Shown: in pieces, positions 23,592-35,015 of the stretch
How the letters are laid out: every line of letters begins with the position of its first letter
How positions within the stretch are numbered: position 1 is the first letter of the stretch
NCBI GenBank assembly: GCA_951406725.2
Contig: OX597822.1
Location: 61,008,001 to 61,072,000, forward strand
From: Octopus vulgaris
Lineage: Eukaryota
Length of the DNA: 64,000 nt
Direction of reading: 5' to 3'
Position numbers and translations under genes: made by a program
The notes under the pieces: model-generated
Databases searched by the model: none
What the model saw: the letters and a program-made list of their open reading frames with translations, nothing else
Told to the model about the DNA's origin: nothing

Positions 23592-24363
23592 CAGCGGTGA
23601 CTCCAGGTCATCAGCGTCACTTGGGCTCATCACAGATTTCACATAAGACAAATGCCTGCTTGAATAATTTCATGTTTTTCCGCTTTATTTCTAGCCCCAA
23701 ATGGCTTATTTTTTTTATATCTAGCATGATGTCTTCCTCCATTTCTATGTTAAGGGTAAAAATAAAACAACCCTGCAAAACACAACTGATCTTTACACAG
23801 AATAACAGAATAACAACAATCAAATAACAACAGTGGAGTGCACAACAGACATCAGAAATCTGATTGTTGCCTGTATTCTTGTCAAGAGATGCCAGTTAAT
23901 CTTTTACACCTACCAGGCTCATTTGTATTAGGCCAAGCTGCTGGATAATTTTTAATTCTTTTAAGATTATTGTAGAACAGAATCTTTTCATAGATTGGAA
24001 TTTAAATCCTAATCTCTATAGAGATTTATTGTTTCAAGAAAACATTGAATTTGAATTACTTTTAATTTTTACGATTATGGATAACAACTCGGGCTGTAAC
24101 TTCTGAGACTGAGTCAGATGCGTGTGAACAATGTTGAGAGAACATCTGCTACAAATACTATTTTTTGATACAGGGCACCTCTAAGATGACCGCCAGATGC
24201 TGACCAAAAATAAATGAACTCAATAAAAGGAGCCTGAGTTATTGGCTGCAATTGCATACTTGAAGTGTTGGTAGAAATTAAATCAGCTTGCAAATCCAAG
24301 TTCACTTTACTAAATTTATACTTGGGTTAAGCCCGAACAGCCTGATTGCCGGAGTTGCCACTG
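23592..24363. mobile_element. Non-autonomous hAT-like DNA transposon inserted in (TA)n
   Basis: Ends cagcggtgactccagg..atcag..tgggct and agcccga..ctgattgccggagttgccactg; imperfect 8-bp flanks atatatat/atataaat. Confidence 0.6.
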
Positions 24364-24372
24364 ATATAAATA

Positions 24373-24403
<31 letters not shown>

Positions 24404-24507
24404 GGCGGTTCCCCAGCATGGCCACAGCTCATGAGGTGAAACTAGATGAAATTAAAATATATATATATGTATATATATATATTTATATATGTGTGTGTAT
24501 GTATGTT

Positions 24508-24810
24508 ATCATCATCATCATCATCGCTTAATATCCATTTTCCATGCTAGCATGGGTTGGACGGTTTGACCGGGGTCTGATAAGCCAGGAGGCTATGCCA
24601 AGCTCCTGTCTGATCTGGCAGTGTTTCTACAGCTGGATGCCCTTCCTAACACCAACCACTCCGAAAGTGTAATGGGTGCTTTTTATGTGCCACCAGCACG
24701 GGCCAGAGGAGGCTGGCAAACGGCCACGATCAGTTGGTGCTTTTTACGTGCCACAGACATGGACGCCAGTCAGGCAGTGCTGGCATCAACCACGTTTGGA
24801 TGGTGCTTTA
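24508..24810 (-). mobile_element. RTE-type tail repeat ending in (GAT)n
   Basis: catcatcat..ttccatgctagcatgggttggacggtttgac..ggatgcccttcctaa; related copies at 8.5, 18.1, 27.8, 43.0, 55.8 and 62.2 kb. Confidence 0.8.
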
Positions 24811-24843
24811 TTTGATTTTATGTTGTAATAAAAACTGTCTATA

Positions 24844-25097
24844 TAGTAAAGATTGTTTGCCAACATAACATGGCAGTCCTGGTTTAGGACAAATGTTGCT
24901 ATAATTTAGCCCCTGGAGACATCATCTCCAGCTGGCTATAAAACACGATCTGTGTCTTTATATTTCCTTGTTCGAAAATATAAGGACACAGATTGTGTCA
25001 TATAGCCAGCTGGAGATGATGTTTCCTGGGGTTAAATTACAGCAACATTCTTCCTAAACCAGGACTGCCATGTTATGTTGGCAAACAATCTTTACTA
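24844..25097. repeat. Fold-back palindrome, arms about 122 bp, loop under 10 nt
   Basis: tagtaaagattgtttgccaacataacatggcagtcctgg.. versus ..ccaggactgccatgttatgttggcaaacaatctttacta. Confidence 0.92.
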
Positions 25098-25651
25098 CAA
25101 AGTACTGTTGGTGAATATCTCATGTTGTGAGATTTAAAAATAGTAATTTTCTAAAAACTACATTAAATTGAAGGATTACTCAATACATTTGTTAGAGTAC
25201 AAATTTAACCTACATATACTCTCAAAGTAAATAAGTGTCCCATTAATATCTAGACAAAACCAACAGCAACCAAAACAAGTGGCAGATCTGCTGTCCAACA
25301 ACCTAACTACATTCTTTTGTAAACACCTATGAGCTGAAGATGACACACCTTGAAGTACACAACTAATTAAAAAACTTTACATGCATGAATACATTCTAGC
25401 AATTAGCACTTGCCCATATTTAATCAACAAAAATTCTCCATACCCTCTGGCCACTAATACCAACCATACATCTTAATTACCATTCAACAGAACTCAGGTT
25501 GTTCCAGAAAATTTTTAACTCAACAGAGACTATATAAAGCCAAGATGAACTTCAATGATGGTTTAGCTGGCTGAAACTTTAAAGTCACTTTCAATACCAT
25601 TCTTGTTAAAGAATTATCTATAGGAGTGGCTGTGTGGTAAGTAGCTTGCTT

Positions 25652-27090
25652 CCGGTTACCCAGAGTGCAATTGGTTTGTCGTTAGTGTGCGAGTCAGACG
25701 TTTTTCTTTTTGCTGCTTTGAGGTTAGTAATGTACTCGGACCTTAGCGGGTCAGAGCTGTCTTCTTCAGAGGAGGAGCTGCTGAGAGCAGTAGAAGGCAT
25801 GGATGAATATTTGAAGAAAACGAAGAGTTTCGCAGAGGCTGTGGAGGTGAAGAGAAAAGAGGTGGATTTATCAAGTATGAAGGAGCATGGAAAAATGGTG
25901 CAGAAAGTGGGCGGCAACGTGACGTTGTCACTGCCACAAAGAATAATGGATGGCATAAAAAGAAGAACGGTCATATACAAAGTTTACTCGATAAAGAGTA
26001 AGAAGGTCGACCTAATAGAAATAGAGAAAATAGAAAAGGCAGTAAAGGAGGAATCCAACGGAGTAATATACATGAGAAGAGGATGCCAATATGGGACAAT
26101 GGTAGTCCAGTTTAGAACAGAGGAGGAGGCAAGGAGGCTGGCGGGTAAAAGAGTAAAGACGAAGGAAATGGTCCTTCTACCCATGTATCTTGGAAAAAGG
26201 ACTTCCAAGATAAGGGTAGAAGCAATTCCAACTGATATAAATGTGGCTTGGGTAGTGACAGCTGTCCTTGTTGGAAGCGAGGAAAAGGTGGCTGTCTTCC
26301 AAGCCACAGAAACAGAGAGGGAGGGTGGAAAGGAAGGACGCTTGAGTTAATTATTCAGACGGAGGAGGGACAACTCGAGAACTTGGCAGAGACTGTGACG
26401 CTGGGGGAAATCGTGCTGAGTGTGTGGGTAGAGGGCAGAGTACCACGTTGTTTTAAATGTGGCCAAAAGGGCCACATTAGAGCATACTGCCCTCTACGAA
26501 GGACTATGGCTGAGGATATAGTTGCAGAGACAGAAGAGAAAAGAGAGGAAGACAAAATAGACGAAGGAAACGATAAAAAAGAGGAAGAATGGAAAATTGC
26601 AGAGCGCAAAAGGAGAAAGAGGAAAAAAAGAAAAGACACTGAGTATGATGTGGCAACCCAGTCCAACCCCATCCCATCCAAGACCACTCAGACCCACCCT
26701 CCCCATACAGACACCAAACCCACCCACCCCATTTCCCCTCAAGAAAAAAAGAAAAAGAAAGAACAGACACTACGGTGAAAAAGGTTATGAATGCATGATG
26801 GAGAGAATGTTATCATTAAGTGACAGTGAAAAGGGAAAAAGGATTGGACGAAAAGAGAAAAAGGACTCAGGACCCAGAGACAGCGAGTTGTGTTACTCAG
26901 TGTGGGGTGAGTAGCAAACTCTTCATATCATTTTCAGATATCATTCATATTATCATATTTTAATTTGTTCTTCATGTGCATTTTCATGTTCATTCATTAC
27001 ATCATATTTTATTTTTAATTGTAATATGTCCCCCACATGTGTTGTAGTGTCCCCTCTGTGTATTGCCTTTATGGCAAATTTAATAAAATA
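25652..27090 (+). mobile_element. ORF1-only non-autonomous L1/Tx1-type retroelement (HAL1-like)
   Basis: 13-bp TSD aagtagcttgctt (25639-51 and 27091-103); gag-like ORF; 3' hairpin ttgcc-tttat-ggcaa plus aataaaata; no EN or RT. Confidence 0.8.
25730..26914 (+). pseudogene. Gag-like ORF1 with CCHC zinc knuckle, frameshifted
   Basis: ATG 25730 (MYSDLSGSE..); RRM-like VVQFRTEEEARRL; frameshift near 26320 into ..VWVEGRVPRCFKCGQKGHIRAYCP (knuckle 26449-26490); K/E-rich tail; stop at 26778, or 26914 if there is a second frameshift. Confidence 0.8.
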
Positions 27091-28290
27091 AAGTAGCTTG
27101 CTTACGAACCACATGGTTCTGGGTTCAGTCCCACTGTGTGACACCTTGGGCAAGTGTCTTCTACTGTAGCCTCGGGCTGACCAAAGCCTGGATTTGGTAG
27201 ACGGAAACTGAAAGAAGCTCGTTGTATATATATATATATATGTATGTATGTATGTATGTGTGTGTGTGTGTATATGTTTGTGTGTCTGTATTTGTCCCCC
27301 CAACATCGCTTGACAACCGATGCTGGGGTGTTTACGTCCCTGTAACTTAGCAGTTCAGCAAAAGAGACCGATAGAATAAGTACTAGGCTTACAACCTGGG
27401 GGTTGATTTGCTTGACTAAAAGCGGTGCTCCAGCATGGCCACAGTCAAATGACTGAAACAAGTAAAAGAATAAAAGAGATATATACACACACATAATGTG
27501 GATGGATGCTGATTGCTCCATAAATAAGTGTCAATCTCTCAAAGTGGATGAAACTTGTGGATGAAGGAGACCAAGAAAGACATGGGACAAGACACTGAAC
27601 GATGACCTCAGGATGTTGAACCTTTCAGACAAGATGACAAAGGACCGCAATATCTGGTGCCTTGCTGTACTCAAGAAATCCTGTCCTCCACAGCAGAAGT
27701 GTTAAGGCCAATTCCCCCTGGTGACAGAGAAAGTCCTGTGCCGGTGCCACATAGAAAGCATTGTACCCAGCACACACACTGTAAAGTGGTTGGCATTAGG
27801 AAGGGCATCCAGCAGTAAAAGCTAAGCCAAATCAAACTGGAACCTGGTGTAGCTCTCCAGTTTACCAGCTTTGGTCAAACCGTCCAACCCATGCCAGCAT
27901 GAAAAACGTACGTTAAAGGATGATGATGATGAAGGAATATGATGTATATAACAGGCTTCCACACAGCTACTCACAGTTTCTGTCCTAATTTATTTACAAG
28001 GTATTGGACAGCCTGGGGCTATATTAGAAGATACTTACCCAAGGTGTCGCACAGGGGGACTGAACCCAAAACCATGTGGTTGCAAAGCTAACTTCTTAAC
28101 CACACAGCCATACCTATGTATGTATACTAATATGATACCATTTTGCTCCAAACTTATAACCAATCTCATTATAACGTTAGCCATCTCCACTCCCTCTTTT
28201 TTCTTTATTTTTTTTTAGATATTATTCATCCTTCCATATCTTTCAAAACATTTCCCGGGTACAAGCCTGACCTGTGAGCTGTAGCAAATA

Positions 28291-28420
28291 AACGGAAGTG
28301 CGTCTGTAAGCACTGAACGATCATCTCGTGACTAGTGACGTCATCAACCAATATATATATAAAACACTGTTATCTTCCATCCAAATTCTTTTATAGTTTC
28401 GTAGGTAAGTCGGCCATTTG
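28291..28420. promoter_or_regulatory. Probable core promoter of the syntenin gene
   Basis: ETS CGGAAGT 28293-99, CRE TGACGTCA 28336-43, CCAAT 28348-52, TATATAAAA 28356-64, donor AG|GTAAGT at 28404/5, YY1-like GCCATTT at 28413; start of a locally CpG-richer region. Confidence 0.6.
28385..28404 (+). other. SDCBP: Putative non-coding first exon of syntenin (start uncertain)
   Basis: The ATG exon at 43586 has a splice acceptor, so an upstream exon is required; this is a consensus donor just after promoter motifs. Confidence 0.5.
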
Positions 28421-29725
28421 TTTACGTTTTTCTTTTTCTTCATTTTACTGTTCAGAACTTGTATTTAATTCATGCCCCCAATTGGATTAATAAATAGTTC
28501 GGTGTATTTTGTAACTTAAACAAATGCTATTTTATTGTCTATATCCTTCTCCCCCATTTCATCAACGCTCATTTATGATGTTGCAAATGATAACTCCTCT
28601 CTTTTGTTTCTCTATACAAAAAATTATATATATATATATATATCAGTCTATACTATTATTACACGCTGAATTTAGTTTCACACAAACATAATAAGCATAA
28701 TATTTTACAGAAATAGAGCAGTAACTGTTTATTTTACCTACTGTTTTGATGTTTCTATTTCTTGTTGCTACGCTCAATGGCTAATGGTTAGCTTGTATTT
28801 GTACATCACACACACACAAAGATATATATACATATACACACACACATATATGTATATATATAATATTGTTTACGTCTGTATTACTAACCCTCAATGGCTA
28901 CTGCTTAGCGTGTTTATGTCTCTCCTCTTTCTTTGTACATCACGTTCACACACATACACTGTTGAACCAACGAGGGAGCCTCGATGTAGTCACTCACATA
29001 TCTTATCCTGCTATTTCAAATAAAGGACTATTCGGACAACTTAGTCTTGGGTATCTATTTGGACCAGATTGGCACGGCTATAATTGTCTTTTCTTGTAGG
29101 TTTGTTCGCGCTGGCGTTGGCTGGGCAGCTAAAAACACCCATCAATGTTGACGTCTGCTGCTGCTGCTTCTTGTTTCCAATGTTATTGTCATAGGGCTTC
29201 ATTTGCTATCTACTATGGAGTTGTGTGCTTAATGCCATTAAATGATTACATTCTATTCTGCCTTTTCTGTTTCTACAATTTCTATTTTTCATTATCTTGT
29301 CGCAGATATGAAAATGAATTTTTTTATTACCCTACATGGTTTCATCATAGCCAGACATCTATTTCACATCCGCAAGCACACGCGCGCGCGCGCACCAATT
29401 GAAAGGTTTTGTTGTCAGTGTATGTCAGTGTTGTATATCTGTCTCTTTCTCTTAGTGAAATGGGTGTAGTGTTATATTTTTATATTACACTCGCACACTC
29501 TCATATTAAAATGAGTCAGAAACACACAGATGATTTTTGTTTGTGATCTCTGTTCACACACCCTTATCAATCTTTGTTTGCTTTCCCCCCAATATTTCAT
29601 AATCACACTCCTGATAAACAACGCCATGTATTTTCTCACATTTCTTCATCTCCCCGGAAAAAAAAAATCTTCCTCCCTGTGATGTCAAACATTTGTTGTT
29701 AGCGATGCTGCTGGAATAATATATA

Positions 29726-29767
<42 letters not shown>

Positions 29768-32083
29768 GTATATATATATGTAAACAGTAAATATATATAT
29801 ATATATGTATATATATATGTAAACAGTAAATATATATATATGTGTATATATATATATGTTTTTTTTTCTCGTTTCTACTGTAACCTCGTCATGAAGGGAC
29901 ACCAACTAAGCATCTCGCCTGTATGTTTGTGTATATAGGACAAGTTTCATCAAATATTTATATATACAGAAGTACTAGCATTTAAATACAAGCCAGTCGT
30001 TTATATAGACCATCTACCATACTGAGACCAGTATAGCGAAACACCTTCCTAACACTACCCAATAGCACCATACATTTGCTTACGTAATAACATCCTTGTT
30101 TCTATACACACGTACTATATGCGTGTGTGTGTGTGTGTGTGTAACTAAACATAATCGTTCTGAGATCTGTGTTAACGTCGTAAAAATGTTTTAAGTTTCA
30201 CTTTGTCGACCATCCTTTCATTATTTCTTTTTAAACATTTTTATTGGTGGCCATAGACACATGGGACTTTGACGTAATGGACACACACACACACACGTAT
30301 ATATCTATATATATGTATGTCTGTGTGTGTGTGTGTGTATGTGTGTGTGTATTGTTGGTTGTCACACTCAACACGGCCAAGCCACAGGTGTTAATGTATA
30401 TTAATCAGGAACAAGAGGCACTTAATTAAACTGGAATAATATTTTTGTCTGACTTAAATGAATAGTTAGAGAAAGCTGGTTCAATATCTGTCGATAATTA
30501 TAAGCGGTCAAATGACGTCAAACCGATTGACGAGGTGGGTAGGGATGGGACAGAATTCTTTCAAATAGTAGTAATGTTGAAAGAGATAACGTGTCTGTGA
30601 ATGGGCGTTATTATAGTTTCCAGTATCAACAATAACCATGACGACATCAAATCTTTTTTCCCATTGCTAATGTTGTCATCTTGGCTTTCTTATCTAAGGT
30701 GACATTTTTCTATTCACATCGTTCTCTCTTCGATTTTTTTTTTTCATTTTGTTTTTTGGCTTTTTATTACAAGGCCACATTTGCAAACACAGCGCTTTAA
30801 TTGATTGAATCGACCTCAGTATACTGCTGCTATTTGTTTTATCGATCCTTGGGGATGAGCGGCGAAATCAGCATTGTGGGTATTTAAATTCAAAGGTATC
30901 GAGATAACATGAAATGCTGTTGGATATTTATTTAATCAAGCGATCTAATTTTTATCTTATTACACTTTCCCAACAAATACATGGTCATTCAATCTTAGTA
31001 AAAGAATACAACTAATTGAATTGACCCTGTTATTTGACTGGTGCTTGCTTTGTCGACCGTGGAGGGATAAATGGAAAGCCGATAAGTTTTAAATCAAGGC
31101 AGAAGGATGAAGCTAAATCATCGAGGTTTTAATCAGCTGCTGTGTGGTTTATGTCTACAGTTTTTAAAGAACAATTTCGTACATTGGCGCAAGGCCACAA
31201 ATTTGTAGTAGATTTAATTGATGGAGTTTGAAAAACCACCTCGTCCTGAGTTTATTATTTTACCAATCCTGAAGGTTAATAACAGTCAATCCCTATTTTA
31301 TTTGAACTCAAAATGTAAAAGAATGTAACTAAATACTGCAAGGCACTCAGCAACTACTGCCTTCTATGTCACTGCTCTTATCCCAGCAGACAGTGTGGGA
31401 TTACAAAAATAGGGAAATAAATCTGAAAAACTGCAAGTGGGGAACAGTGTGAACAAAGGAAATATATTTTTAGTTATTCGAAAAGCCATTATTGGCAACT
31501 GATTTGATACTGTGGATTAATTTCAGAGATCTCGGCTATCTTTATCGTGCTCATCTTCGATGTCAGTGAACAGTGTCTTTAAGTTTGTTTGCTAGGTACA
31601 GTGTTTTTGGCATGTAATGATATAGCCAATGCTAAACTGAGAAGTAGCAGTCTATTATTATATACACTAACAAGTATGTTCAATAAATAACTAATTAAAG
31701 TGGGAAAAGAACAATCGGTAATAATTGCTTATTGCCCCTTTTTTTTCCCATATTTGTTCTTTCTCTTCACCTACATCTTAATTATTCAGGTACATGACAC
31801 TCACACCTTCACCACCACCATAACTGAAGTGAAATTGAATCACATCTGGATGAGTGTATTCTTATCAGCATCCACAAATGTTGGGCTGTTGGTTTCTAAA
31901 CCTGCAAACCCACTGAATTTGCTCTGTGAGGAAGGTGATTTTCTTGCTATTTGGTCTCTCTGCAGAATGAAAATCAAGACCTGCCTAAGGGTGGATGAAC
32001 TCTGAGGAGTCAACAGCCATCCAAATAGTATTTCTTTATTAGTTGTACTGCCAACACAAGGACAGCAGTAATAATAACAATAA

Positions 32084-32467
32084 CCCTTTCTACTAAAGGT
32101 ACACAGTCTGAAATTTGGAGGGAGGAAACTAGTCAATTACATCAACCCTAGTGTTTACTGGTACTTAATTGAACCTGAAAGGTTGAAAGGTAAAGTCAAC
32201 CTTGGTAGAATTTGAACTCACAACATAATGACAGACGAAATACCTATTTCTTTACTACCCACAAGGGGCTAAACACAGAGAGGACAGACAAACGGATTAA
32301 GTCGATTATATCGACCCCAGTGCATAACTGGTACTTATTTAATCAACCCCGAAAGGATGAAAGGCAAAATCGACCTCAGTGGAATTTGAACTCAGAATAT
32401 AGCGGCAGACGAAATACTGCTCAGCATTTTGCCCGGTGTGCTAATGATTCTGCCAGCTTGCTGCCTT
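32084..32467 (-). mobile_element. SINE family B dimer/nest with two different tails
   Basis: Head at 32467; Tx1-like tail at about 32245-32290; second body ending in an agtagaaaggg+(TTA) tail at 32084; direct repeat cagacgaaatac at 32232 and 32406. Confidence 0.8.
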
Positions 32468-32699
32468 AATAGTAATAACAATAATGAATACCTTGAGGAC
32501 AAAAATGACACAGAACATCTTGATGGGGTTAAATCTACAAAGGAAGATAGTCTCTTTAACCTTGTTTGGCAACCCTCTAGAGATGGTGTCTTGATAAAAA
32601 TACTGCAACACAATCCTCTTTATAAGTATAATGTCAAATAATCCTCACAACTGCATCTGTGACAGCCAAACTCAGAGTGAAGGCCTCTTGTCTGGCAAG

Positions 32700-35015
32700 T
32701 GTTCCTAAATACTGCTACAAAGATGAGGAGAAAATGAACCCAAAATGACAATAGAACTGTAATGGAATGCCATTACAGAAGTGGGCCTACCAAAATAGGA
32801 TACAGGAAAAGAATGCATAAAATTTGGACAGAGTAATCGTGAAAAAGAAGTGGCTGTCCCAGATAGAGCAAAAGAGTGAGCATGACTACACTGAACACGA
32901 TGAACAAAAAGCAGAACAAGAACAGTGTAGTAGAGGGACCTATAAATATCCACAAAAGAAACAGCTGTCCAGATGAAGGTAAATTTTACTTTAAGAAAAA
33001 GGCTTACTGAGGAAGAAAGAAGCCTACTATTACACTTGAATGAAGCACAAAAAAGGGAAAGAAAGAGGCTACCAGCTCTGAGAGGAATCAAAAGAAGAAA
33101 ACTGTATAAAAGATGGATGAACTGTCAACAAAAATCTACTTTGCAAACCTAATAGATCTAAACGACTTTATATACTGCACCACCTCTGTCGCTGTGCAAA
33201 ATTTGGGGGTTAAAAGTAAAAAAAAAACAAAGGACAAAGCACCATGTGAGAAATGCAAGCTTGAGAACCAAATTGAACAACTTGAGAAATCTTGGATGGA
33301 TAAATGCAATCATAGAAAAGAAGAGGATGAGAAAAAGACACAGGAACAAATTGCATAAGATGTACGATGTAAGACACAAAAGACTGCTGTTAGTTACAGA
33401 GGAACTAAGACCAGAAAAAATCAAATCAATGTTGGGTAAAAAGAAGATACCAACAGAGATCAAATCAGTACCTGCGGAATAGACTCTTCAAGAACAATAA
33501 AAGAAAATTCTATAAACAACTAAGGTGTTGAGTCAGTAACTATAGACCTTTTACTGGTTTACCATTACTCAAGAAACTGTTAATTGACCTCATAGCAGAT
33601 AATTTTCTGGAAAAGGAGAATCTATAGCCAGAAGAACAAAAAAGATATTGGAAGAAATCAAGGGTCCTTGCTGATGTGTACATGTAAGAAAGAAGAATTT
33701 AGCTGTTGGTGGATAGGTTATGGGAAGGCTTACGACAATGTCCCATACATCTGGCTCTTGGAGTGTCTAAGGACTCTCTGAGTCAATGAGAAGATAAACA
33801 AATTTTTGGAAAATTCAATGAGAGTGTTGGAATTAGAACTGACATGCAAATGAATGGCTAGGTAACATGAACGTACATGGACATTTTCCTGGGAGACTCA
33901 CTCTCTCTGTTAGGCCTGCTTATAAGTGTACCAAAATGAAAACCACCTACTTTATATGGATGACCTTAAGCTATATACATAAAATGTAATAAACCTGGAT
34001 TTTTAAAATCCAAATTGTGAAAGTATTCAGTAAAGATATTGGAATGCAGTTTGGAGTAAATAAGTGTGCAGTGCTAATTTGAAGAGAAGCTGGAGGGTAA
34101 ACTCTAATAGCATAAAATTACAAGACAATATTAGATTGCTGTGGAATAATGAGAGATACAAATGCCTAGGGGTACTGCACAATGATTGGATAATAGGAGA
34201 AATGAAAGAGAAAATCACTGAAGAGAACAGAAGGAAAATTAGGAAGGTACTTGAAACAAAATTAAATGGAAGGAACATCATTAAAGCCTTGGGCTATGCC
34301 AGTATTGCGATACTCTTCTCCCTTTTCTAAAATAGACAAAGGGCAAGCTACAGAACTTGGATAGAAGAACTAGAACGTTCCTCACAATGCATTCTGCCCT
34401 AAAAGTAAAACCAATGACTCTATCTATCAAGAAAGGAAAGTGGCAGAGGACATTTTAATATTGTAATACTGGGTCTGAAAAATTATGTTGTGCAGAGTAA
34501 AGAAAGAATACTATTGGCAGCCAGAGATACCCATAAAATAACTGAGGCAATAGAATTCAAAGAGAAAAAGAACTGAACAAACAAATAAAAAGAAGTGGAA
34601 CTACACGACCAATTTGTGCAACAAACTGAAAATGTTGGAAGTAAAGAATGCTGGCTCTAGTTGACAGATGGGAGCTTGAAACAAGAGACTGAAACACTGC
34701 TCAGGAACAAGCGATTAGAACAAATCTGATAAGGACAAAGATCAAGGAAACTCAGTCAGGCAGCAAATGTAGAATCTGTAGGAAAGGAGACAAAAGTATC
34801 AGTTACCTTTTGAGTGAGTCCTGTATAATAACATGAAAAGAGTATAAGCGTAGGCATGACTGTGTAGGCAAAAAAGTGCATTGGAGTATTAGCTATGTGG
34901 CTTCAAAATAACAGGTGGTGTGAACATGAACCAGAGGTTGTGATAAAAAATAAGAATTACAGGCTCTTGTAGAACTTCCCCATACTGACTGACCATACTA
35001 ATGAAGAAAGGAGAG
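32700..35015 (+). mobile_element. Long, heavily decayed R4/Dong-clade LINE in syntenin intron 1
   Basis: VMECHYRSGP..GYRKRMHKIW (32760), RLPALRG, KAYDNVP (33725), GDSLS (33890), LYMDDLKLY (33952), YKCLG, KCRIC and YKRRHD (34765-34860); many stops. Confidence 0.85.

Larger units (their letters stand above)
25622..27478 (+). mobile_element. SINE family A split in its tRNA head by a 1.44-kb insertion
   Basis: Head aggagtggctgtgtggtaagtagcttgctt at 25622-25651 resumes as aagtagcttgcttacgaacc at 27091. Confidence 0.9.

Noticed and set aside
29720-29860. Repeat-spacer-like atatatatgtaaacagtaaatatat units
   Set aside because: Simple duplication within a TA microsatellite; no CRISPR structure, and the DNA is eukaryotic.
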